From: Thermoplasmata archaeon
Lineage (GTDB): Archaea > Thermoplasmatota > Thermoplasmata > Lutacidiplasmatales > UBA184
Length of the DNA stretch: 64,000 bases
NCBI GenBank assembly: GCA_021791335.1
Contig: JAJYWS010000036.1
Span: forward strand, 2-64,001
Direction: 5' to 3'
Shown here: in pieces, positions 47,948 through 55,062 of the stretch
Numbering within the stretch: position 1 is the first letter of the stretch
Layout: each line of letters begins with the position of its first letter
The notes under the pieces: generated by a model
What the model saw: the letters and a program-made list of their open reading frames with translations, nothing else
What the model was told of the DNA's origin: nothing
Database searches by the model: none
Position numbers and translations under genes: made by a program

Positions 47948-49644
47948 CAGAACCCCAGCTGGGCGAAGGGCCCGAGGGCCAGGACGGGGAGGAAGAGGAG
48001 GGCCGAGATGATGACGAGGAGCAGCGTGAGGTAGATGGTGAAGGTGGCGCTCCGCGTCCTCAGGGTGCCGGGGCCGGGCGGGAGCACCTCCTGCTCGGCA
48101 AAGATCGAACCGATCGCGAGCATCCCGATCATCGGATAGAACCGGCCGATCAGCATCACGGTCCCGCCGACCAGATTGAAGAAGAGCGTGTTGTCGGCGA
48201 AGGAGCCCAGCGAGCTCCCGTTGTTCGCCGACTCGCTGGTGAGCTCGTAGAGGACCGAGGTGAAGAGGTAGGCGTGGCTCGCGATGCCGCCCCCGAAGAC
48301 GACAAACCCGCCGAGGATGGCGATGGCGAGCGGGACCAGGACGAGGGCCGGATGGAGGAGCAGCAGCCCCGCCGACCAGCGCATCTGCTCCTTGCCGACC
48401 TTCTTGCCGAGGTACTCGGGGGTCCGGCCCACCATGAGCCCGCCCACGAAGACCGCGATCACGGCGAAGACCAACAGCATGCCGAAGCCGGTGCCGACGC
48501 CGCCGGGGGTGCTCTGGGTGAACATCCCGAAGAGGAGGACCCCCTGGGCGAGCGGGTTCAGGCTCCCGATCGCGAGATTGTTCGCTCCCGTATTCGTGTA
48601 GATGCTCACGACCTGGAACGCCGAGGACTCGGAGAAGCTCCACCGGGACTCGGTCCCGAATGTCGGGTAGCCCAGCGAGTTCTGGGCGAGGCCGTGGAGA
48701 CCGAGCAGGGAGGGGTTCGGGCCCGCTTGGAAAAACAGGAAGAGACCGATCCCGACCACCAGCACGATGAGGATCGTGCCGACGAACGGAAGGCCCTCGC
48801 CGGGCCGCCGGACGATCTCGGCGAAGGCAAACGGGGTGGAAAGGGGGATCAGCAACATGAGCCCGGTCTCCAATAGGTTGGAGGCGGCCGAGGGGTTCGC
48901 ATACGGCATCGCGGCGTTGGCCGCGTACCAGCCCCCGCCGTTCGTGCCGAGGAGATCGATCGCCTGCCAGGAGGCGACCGGCCCGAGGTAGAGCGTCTGG
49001 GTCCCGCCGCCGAGGGTGTGGGCGGTCACGTACACGGCCAGGGTCTGGGGAAGCCCCAGCAGCACCAGCAGGACCGAGGCGAGGAGCGCGAGGGGGAGCA
49101 GGACGCGGGTCATCGTCCGGACGAGATCGACGTAGAAGTTGCCCAGCGTCCCGTCCTTGCGGGTGAACCCCCGGATGAACGCCGCCACGACCGCGAGCCC
49201 GCAGCCCGCCGAGAGGAACATCGCGACCTGGAGGCTCAGCAGCGACCCCCAGAGGCTCATCGACGCCTGGGGGTTGTAGTGCTGGAAGTTGGTGTTCGTC
49301 AGGAACGAGGCGGTCGTGTGGTAGGCGAGGTCCCAGGACATGTTGGGAATCCCGAGGACGTTTCCGGGGAGCCCGGCTTGGAGGGTCAGGATGAGGTACA
49401 TCCAGACGAAGAGGACCCCGCTCGTCAGGAGGAGGGCGAAGGCGTACTCCTTGAACCGCATCGTCTCGCGGGGGGAGGTCCCGAGCAGCCGGTAGATCCA
49501 GGACTCGATCGGCGTGAGGAGGCTGTCCCCGAACGCCGGCCGGTTGAGGTAGACTCGCCCCAGGTAGGCCCCAAACCACGGGGCGACGGCCAGAACAAGG
49601 GCAATGAGCAGGGCTACGTCAACGAGACTCTCCAGGGGGAACAC
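47947..49644 (-). CDS. kdpA: potassium-transporting ATPase subunit A
   Basis: 565 aa, polytopic, with KdpA-like selectivity-filter repeats (...TNTNFQHY..., ...GTNGGGWY..., ...NNGSS...). Its stop shares one base with the kdpB ATG. Confidence 0.95.
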   Translation of the reverse strand: MFPLESLVDVALLIALVLAVAPWFGAYLGRVYLNRPAFGDSLLTPIESWIYRLLGTSPRETMRFKEYAFALLLTSGVLFVWMYLILTLQAGLPGNVLGIPNMSWDLAYHTTASFLTNTNFQHYNPQASMSLWGSLLSLQVAMFLSAGCGLAVVAAFIRGFTRKDGTLGNFYVDLVRTMTRVLLPLALLASVLLVLLGLPQTLAVYVTAHTLGGGTQTLYLGPVASWQAIDLLGTNGGGWYAANAAMPYANPSAASNLLETGLMLLIPLSTPFAFAEIVRRPGEGLPFVGTILIVLVVGIGLFLFFQAGPNPSLLGLHGLAQNSLGYPTFGTESRWSFSESSAFQVVSIYTNTGANNLAIGSLNPLAQGVLLFGMFTQSTPGGVGTGFGMLLVFAVIAVFVGGLMVGRTPEYLGKKVGKEQMRWSAGLLLLHPALVLVPLAIAILGGFVVFGGGIASHAYLFTSVLYELTSESANNGSSLGSFADNTLFFNLVGGTVMLIGRFYPMIGMLAIGSIFAEQEVLPPGPGTLRTRSATFTIYLTLLLVIISALLFLPVLALGPFAQLGF

Positions 49645-49653
49645 GGCAACCCC

Positions 49654-49767
49654 CTAGAAGCGCTCGGGGCGGATCATGGCGTAGACGAGGTAGACCGTGA
49701 GGCCCAAGAGGATCCCGGTGAACACCGCCAACCCCAGGTTCTGGCTGAGGGCCGAAAGTCCCGACAT
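49654..49767 (-). CDS. kdpF: potassium-transporting ATPase subunit F (small hydrophobic peptide)
   Basis: Hand-translated 37-aa ORF, below the ORF-track cutoff: MSGLSALSQNLGLAVFTGILLGLTVYLVYAMIRPERF. It has one TM helix and the KdpF-like ...YLVYAxxxPExF ending. It ends 9 nt before the kdpA start. Confidence 0.75.
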   Translation of the reverse strand: MSGLSALSQNLGLAVFTGILLGLTVYLVYAMIRPERF

Positions 49768-49796
49768 GTCGACCGGGCCGGCGAGTCGGACGAGCC

Positions 49797-49804
49797 GATT
49801 TAAC
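49797..49804 (-). promoter_or_regulatory. TATA-like element upstream of kdpF
   Basis: The minus strand reads GTTAAATC, about 33 nt upstream of the kdpF ATG. Confidence 0.3.
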
Positions 49805-49846
49805 TCCGACGCCCGAGTCGTACCGGCCGGTCGCGGAGCGCCAAAG

Positions 49847-51571
49847 TTATGAGGAGGGGGTTTCGCGGGCGGCCCGGCGTCGCCGCGGGGGTCCCTCGGA
49901 GCCTTCGTCCGGGGGCCGTGAGGCCCGCGACAACCGCCGGACGATCCGGCGCATCGACTGCTCTCGCCGGGCCTCGGCCCGTTGATGGCCGACGTCCCGG
50001 GTGTCCTCGGTCAACAGGATCGTCACCCGGCCGACCGACGACCGTCCGGTCCGCCCGCGCCGCTGGATCGCCCGGATCTCGCTCGCCACCGATTCGAAGA
50101 AGACGACCAGATCGACGTCGGGCACGTCGAGCCCTTCCTCGGCCACGCTGCTGCCCACCATGATCGAAAAGGCGCCGTGCCGGAATCCTTGGAGCACCTG
50201 GGCCTGCTCGGTCTGCGACATGCCCTTGTCCCGCGTCCCCCGGCTCGCCTGGCCCACGAACCGGCCGACCGTCCATCCCCGGCCCTCCAACGTGGCGCAG
50301 ATGGTCTCGATCGTGTCGCGGTACTGGGCGAAGACCAGGATCCTCGGGGGCCGCTCGCGGGGTCGCTCCATCTCCTCCCGGACGATCTCGATGAGGGTGT
50401 CGAGCTTCGGGTGGGAGACGGCCAACCCGCCCGCCTTCAGGGCCGCCTCGGCCTCCTCACGGGCGGCCACGACCTCCGGGTGGTTCAGGACAGCGGTATC
50501 CCCGCGGGAGGGCTTGGGCTTCTCGGAGAGCCGTCGGAGGTACGCCCGGAACGGCTCGAGGCCTTGGGTCTCGACCCGCTCCTGCAGCTGGTGGAGGTGG
50601 AGCAGGACCAGCTGGTGGTAGAGCGGGCCGAACTTCCGCACCATCGGTCCCGGGCGGGCGAAGATCTCGGCCCGGAGCTGGACCAGGTCCTTGACCCCCA
50701 GCGCGGCGATCGGCTTGGTTCTGAGGTAGCCCATCTGCTGGAGCTTGCGCGCCGTCGCCCGGGCGGCGCGGACGATGTGGTCGCGCACCGTCCGGGTCGC
50801 TTCGGGCAGCTCCACCCAGCGGTACTCGACGTCGATCGGCTGGACGAACTCCTGGACCCCCTCGTCCTCCCGGCTGCGCGCCTCGACCCGGGGATGGCCG
50901 AGATGGTCCACCACCTCCTCGATGTGCGCGTCGCGGCCCCCGGGGGACGCCGTGAGCCCGAGGATCCGCCGGTCGGCCGGTCCCTCGGCAAGGTACCGTT
51001 CCGCGATCGGCACATAGGCATACTTCCCGATGGCGTGATGGCATTCGTCGAACACGATGAGGCCGACGTCCCGGAGGGTGTATGCCCCGGTGGCGAGATC
51101 ATTCCGGACGATCTCGGGGGTGGCGAACAACAGGTCGCACCGCTCCCACGACCCCTCCCGGAGCGGGCGGCGGACCGACCCCGTGAACCGGGCCGTCTTG
51201 AGGGGGATCAGCCAATCGGCGAACGAGGCGGCATGCTGCTGGACGAGCGGCCGCGTCGGGGCGAGGAGGAGCAGCCGGCGGTCGGAGCGCCGGAGCAGTT
51301 CGGCGGCGATGAGGGCGGCGATGACCGTCTTCCCCAGCCCCGTCGGCAAGACCACCAGCAGGCTTTCGTCGACCCCGCGCCGGGCGAGATCGAGCTGGAA
51401 CGGCAGCGCCCTCAACCGGCGGGGCCGTAGGTACGGATGGACCACATAGCCCTCCTCGACCTCCCAGAGGTTCGGGAGCGCCGGGGGGTGCGGACGCGAC
51501 GGGGGGCTCGGGGTCCCGGTACGGCCGGCCTCCCCCCCCGAAAACTCCTCCAGCGACCGCTGCCGCGCCAT
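49847..51571 (-). CDS. Hef/FANCM-like superfamily-2 helicase (helicase domain only)
   Basis: 574 aa from the ATG at 51571. Walker A LPTGLGKT, DECHH box, SASPGG-like TASPGG, motif VI QRRGRTGR. No recognisable C-terminal XPF/ERCC4 nuclease domain. The 5' 270 nt of the track ORF was rejected. Confidence 0.88.
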   Translation of the reverse strand: MARQRSLEEFSGGEAGRTGTPSPPSRPHPPALPNLWEVEEGYVVHPYLRPRRLRALPFQLDLARRGVDESLLVVLPTGLGKTVIAALIAAELLRRSDRRLLLLAPTRPLVQQHAASFADWLIPLKTARFTGSVRRPLREGSWERCDLLFATPEIVRNDLATGAYTLRDVGLIVFDECHHAIGKYAYVPIAERYLAEGPADRRILGLTASPGGRDAHIEEVVDHLGHPRVEARSREDEGVQEFVQPIDVEYRWVELPEATRTVRDHIVRAARATARKLQQMGYLRTKPIAALGVKDLVQLRAEIFARPGPMVRKFGPLYHQLVLLHLHQLQERVETQGLEPFRAYLRRLSEKPKPSRGDTAVLNHPEVVAAREEAEAALKAGGLAVSHPKLDTLIEIVREEMERPRERPPRILVFAQYRDTIETICATLEGRGWTVGRFVGQASRGTRDKGMSQTEQAQVLQGFRHGAFSIMVGSSVAEEGLDVPDVDLVVFFESVASEIRAIQRRGRTGRSSVGRVTILLTEDTRDVGHQRAEARREQSMRRIVRRLSRASRPPDEGSEGPPRRRRAARETPSS

Positions 51572-51621
51572 CGACGCCCCGGTCCCCCGACCGGCCCGGT
51601 GCCCAAAGCGGCTTCGCCGGC

Positions 51622-53133
51622 CTACAGGAAGTGGAGGTCCTTCGGGAGGGGCTCGGCCCGCGCACGGAAGGCCGACGGCCACCCGTCCGGGTCGAGGCCC
51701 TTCTGGGCCAAAAAGGCGGTCAGCCAGCGCTCCAGCCCGATCCCGGAGCAGCCGCTCCAGAGCTCCCCTTTCTGGGCCTTGATCGCGAACGCCTTCGTGT
51801 ACTTGTCCCCGACGATCGACAGGTTCTGGAATTCCAGCCACTCCGAGTCGGCCCGGGAGCCCCGGTAGGGCAGATAGGCCTCGAAGTCGATGGTCCCCTT
51901 GACCCGGTCGACCGCATCGTCCACCCCGACCTTGCCGCTCTGCTGCATGTAGAACGGAGTCACCCAGGCGGTCCGCCAGTCCAGCTCGAGGATCCGGTCG
52001 AAGACCCGCGTGTACCGGTCGAGCAGCTCGGTCCTCAGCTGGGTCAGCTGCTCGGGGGTCCCGAGATAGACCGGCTCGATGCGATGGAACTCATCCACCC
52101 GCTCGAGGCCGTGGCGCCCGCCGCTCTCGTACCGGTTGGAGACGGCGGCCCGGTCGAAGATCTTCACCGGGAGGCTGTCGGTCGCGAGCGTGCGCCCGCC
52201 GAGCCACCAGTACGTCGTCGGACACTGGGCGTAGCAGGAGATCGCGGTGGGACCGCTGACCATCCGGCGAAGCTCCTCCTCCGGGACCTGGCGGGTGATC
52301 TTGACCAGGTCGGTGAACCGCTCCCAGGCGGCCGGGTCCCGGGTCGTGGGCTCGGCCACGTAGTAGAACTCACCGGGCAGCCCTTCCAGGTGGCCGGTCT
52401 TGAGGAGGATGTCGAAGGAGTCATGGTGCGGCTGAACGACCTCCTGGAACCCGAGCGGAAGGAGGACCTCCTCCCGGGCGATCCGCTCCATCGTCCTCAG
52501 CAGGTGGGCGGCGGTCGGTCCGAGGTACCACTTGCCCTTCGTCGGGCCGGATTTGACCCAGGATCGGGCCAGCATCTCTTCCGTGGGGTCCTTCTGGAAG
52601 CGGACCTCCCGGGGCCTGCTCTCCGAGAGGAGGGCCCAGTACTGCTCCTTGCCTTCGTAGTGCTGGCGACGGACCTTCTCCTGCACCAACGCCGCCGCCC
52701 GGTCCATGTAGTTGTCCCGGAGCGCCTCCTCGGAAAGGTCGAGCAGCTCGAGCACCGCCCGGGTGCCCTCCGTGCTCAGCCGGTGGGGGATCGGGAGGGT
52801 GACCTCGGCCTTCGGAGGGGCCTCGAGCGGAAGGGTGACCCGATAGCGGGGCGAACGGAATCCGCGGACCCCGATCTTCTGGCTCCGGCCGAGCTCCTCG
52901 CCCAGACGGCGGACCAGCGAGAGGAGCGCCTGATGGGGGCGGGCCCCGTCACTCTCCAGGACGAGCCGGACGAGCGACCCGTCCACCGCGAGTTCGGCCA
53001 GGGTCCCGACCCCTCGATTCCCCAGCGTCTTGGAGATCGCCTCGTCCGCCACCCGGCGGACCAGGGCCTCCGCGGCCGCGAGGTCCGCGGGAGGATCGGA
53101 GAGCTGGATCTCGACTTCGAGCCGGTGCTCCAT
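51622..53133 (-). CDS. serS: seryl-tRNA synthetase, rare methanogen-type
   Basis: 503 aa. It parallels the atypical Methanosarcina barkeri-type SerRS as I recall it: KIGVRGFRSPRYRVTL; SNRYESGGRHGLERVDEFHRIEPVY; WSGCSGIGLERWLTAFLAQKGLDPDGWP (motif 3). Candidate Zn ligands Cys/Glu/Cys are present. Confidence 0.8.
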   Translation of the reverse strand: MEHRLEVEIQLSDPPADLAAAEALVRRVADEAISKTLGNRGVGTLAELAVDGSLVRLVLESDGARPHQALLSLVRRLGEELGRSQKIGVRGFRSPRYRVTLPLEAPPKAEVTLPIPHRLSTEGTRAVLELLDLSEEALRDNYMDRAAALVQEKVRRQHYEGKEQYWALLSESRPREVRFQKDPTEEMLARSWVKSGPTKGKWYLGPTAAHLLRTMERIAREEVLLPLGFQEVVQPHHDSFDILLKTGHLEGLPGEFYYVAEPTTRDPAAWERFTDLVKITRQVPEEELRRMVSGPTAISCYAQCPTTYWWLGGRTLATDSLPVKIFDRAAVSNRYESGGRHGLERVDEFHRIEPVYLGTPEQLTQLRTELLDRYTRVFDRILELDWRTAWVTPFYMQQSGKVGVDDAVDRVKGTIDFEAYLPYRGSRADSEWLEFQNLSIVGDKYTKAFAIKAQKGELWSGCSGIGLERWLTAFLAQKGLDPDGWPSAFRARAEPLPKDLHFL

Positions 53134-53243
53134 GGTGGGCGCCTCAGCCCCCGGGGGCCTTAAAACGGCGCGGTCGGCCCGGCCCGGATCGGCCCCCCAG
53201 AGTTTTAGAGCCCCACCGCCTCACGGGGGCGGGGAGATCGAGG

Positions 53244-54731
53244 ATGGCCGCGACGGTCGAAGAATTTGGTCTATGGATCAACGGACGCTGGGAGTCACCG
53301 GAGGGAGCGAAGCGGTTCACGACCCTCAATCCCGCGACCCGGGAGCCGATCGCCTCGTTTGTGAGCGGCTCCCCGAAGGACGTCGAGCGGGCGGTGACGG
53401 CCGCCCACCGCGCCTTCCCGGCCTGGCGCGACACGCCCGCCCCCAAGCGCGGGGAGATCCTCCTCCGGGCCGCCCGGCGCCTTGCCGAGCGGAAGGAGGA
53501 GGTCGGGCGGTGGGTGACCCGGGAGATGGGCAAGGTGATCGCCGAAGGGAAGGGGGATGTCCAGGAGGCGATCGACTTCATCGAGTACATGGCCGGGGAG
53601 GGGCGCCGGCTCTTCGGAGAGACCGTCCCGTCCGAGCTCAAGTCGAAGTTCTGCCTGACCGTCCGGCAGCCCAAGGGGGCGGTCGCTTGCATCACCCCGT
53701 GGAACTTCCCGACCGCGATCCCGAACTGGAAGATCGCGGCGGCGCTCATCACCGGCAACACGGTGGTCTTCAAACCCGCGTCGAACACCGCCCGTTGTGC
53801 GGTCGAGGTCGTCCGGATCTACGAGGACGCCGGCCTTCCCCCCGGCGTGCTGAACCTCGTCACCGGCCCCGGAGGGGTGGTCGGTAATGCGCTCATCGAC
53901 GACCCCCGGATCCGTACCGTCTCCTTCACGGGCGGGGTCGAGGCCGGCCGGGAGGTCTATCTTCGGGGCGCCCGGTCGCTCAAGATGGTCCACTTGGAGC
54001 TCGGCGGGAAGAACCCGGTCATCCTGCTCGAGGACGCCGCGATCCCGCTTGCGGTCGACGGGGTCCTCTTCGGGGCGTTCGGCACCTCGGGACAGCGGTG
54101 CACGGCGACCAGCCGGCTCATCATCCACGAGAAGATCTACGACCAGGTCCTCGCCGAACTCGACCGGCGCCTCGACCACTTCCCGGTCGGGGATCCGCTC
54201 GACCCGGCGACGGCCATGGGCCCGGTCGCCAGTGCCGACCAGGAACGCAAGATCCTGGAGTACATCGAGATCGGCCGGAAGGAGGCCCGGCTCCGGCGCG
54301 GCGGCCGGAAGCTGACCGGTGGGCTCTACGACCGGGGATTCTTCATCGAGCCGACCGTCTTCGAGACCGCGCACGGCACCCGCATCTCCAAGGAGGAGAT
54401 CTTCGGCCCGGTGCTCTCGGTCCTCAAGGTCGGCAGCTACGAGGAGGCGGTCCGCGTCGCCAACGATGTCGACTACGGGCTCTCCTCGGCCCTCTACACC
54501 CGGGATGTGAACAAGGCCTTCCGCGCGATCCAGGACCTCGAGGCGGGGATCACCTACATCAATGCGCCCACCATCGGCGCAGAGGTCCAGCTGCCGTTCG
54601 GGGGCATCAAGCAGACCGGCAACGGGGGCCGGGAGGCGGGGTCGGCGGCGATCGAGGAGTTCACTGAGATCAAGACCGTCTTCGTCGACTTCTCCGAGCG
54701 GCTCCAGAAGGCCCAGATCGACGTGGAGTAG
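53244..54731 (+). CDS. NAD(P)+-dependent aldehyde dehydrogenase
   Basis: 495 aa. FTGGVEAGREV, ELGGKNPVILLEDA (catalytic Glu), GQRCTATSRLIIHE (catalytic Cys), EEIFGPVLSV. Confidence 0.93.
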   Translation: MAATVEEFGLWINGRWESPEGAKRFTTLNPATREPIASFVSGSPKDVERAVTAAHRAFPAWRDTPAPKRGEILLRAARRLAERKEEVGRWVTREMGKVIAEGKGDVQEAIDFIEYMAGEGRRLFGETVPSELKSKFCLTVRQPKGAVACITPWNFPTAIPNWKIAAALITGNTVVFKPASNTARCAVEVVRIYEDAGLPPGVLNLVTGPGGVVGNALIDDPRIRTVSFTGGVEAGREVYLRGARSLKMVHLELGGKNPVILLEDAAIPLAVDGVLFGAFGTSGQRCTATSRLIIHEKIYDQVLAELDRRLDHFPVGDPLDPATAMGPVASADQERKILEYIEIGRKEARLRRGGRKLTGGLYDRGFFIEPTVFETAHGTRISKEEIFGPVLSVLKVGSYEEAVRVANDVDYGLSSALYTRDVNKAFRAIQDLEAGITYINAPTIGAEVQLPFGGIKQTGNGGREAGSAAIEEFTEIKTVFVDFSERLQKAQIDVE

Positions 54732-54734
54732 CCG

Positions 54735-54950
54735 ATGGGCGGGGGCTACCGGGCCTCCGACGAGGCCCTCGACCGCGAGATCGCGACCCTCGAGGGCATG
54801 GCCCGGCTGCGGCTCCGCCGCTACAACCGGGAGTTCCGGGACCTCGACCGGGACCTCCGGGAGCTTCGCCGGGAACGGGCCCGCCGCAAGGCCGAGGGCC
54901 GGGTCCCCGCGACCGGGACGGGCTCGTCGACTGAAGAGACGTCGGCCTAG
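54735..54950 (+). CDS. small charged coiled-coil protein (questionable)
   Basis: 71 aa. The ATG lies 3 nt after the ALDH stop. Arg/Glu-rich heptad-like sequence. Its TAG stop lies inside the left arm of the 23-bp inverted repeat. Confidence 0.4.
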   Translation: MGGGYRASDEALDREIATLEGMARLRLRRYNREFRDLDRDLRELRRERARRKAEGRVPATGTGSSTEETSA

Positions 54951-55031
54951 TCAGCCAGAAAGAGGGCCCGCCCTTCACGAGGGATGAAGGGTGGAGCGAG
55001 TGGGTGGAGGGCCCTCTTTCTGGCTGACTAG
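54947..55031. repeat. 85-bp element: perfect 23-bp inverted repeat with a nested 7-bp hairpin (MITE-like or bidirectional terminator)
   Basis: CTAGTCAGCCAGAAAGAGGGCCC (54947-54969) is the exact reverse complement of 55009-55031. The 39-nt spacer contains CCCTTCA-N7-TGAAGGG (54971-54991). Both outer ends are CTAG. Confidence 0.9.
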
Positions 55032-55062
55032 AGGACACCCCTGGCCAGGACAGGGCTTAGGA

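Noticed and set aside
45785-48034. 749-aa plus-strand ORF antisense to kdpB, and the 5' 1.6 kb (47948-49579) of the 1272-aa minus-strand ORF.
   Set aside because: The first is an antisense shadow. The second is the kdpB frame reading on through kdpA out of frame (P/R/G-rich). The real kdpB starts at the ATG at 47947 (MPAVPG...), and kdpA occupies another frame.
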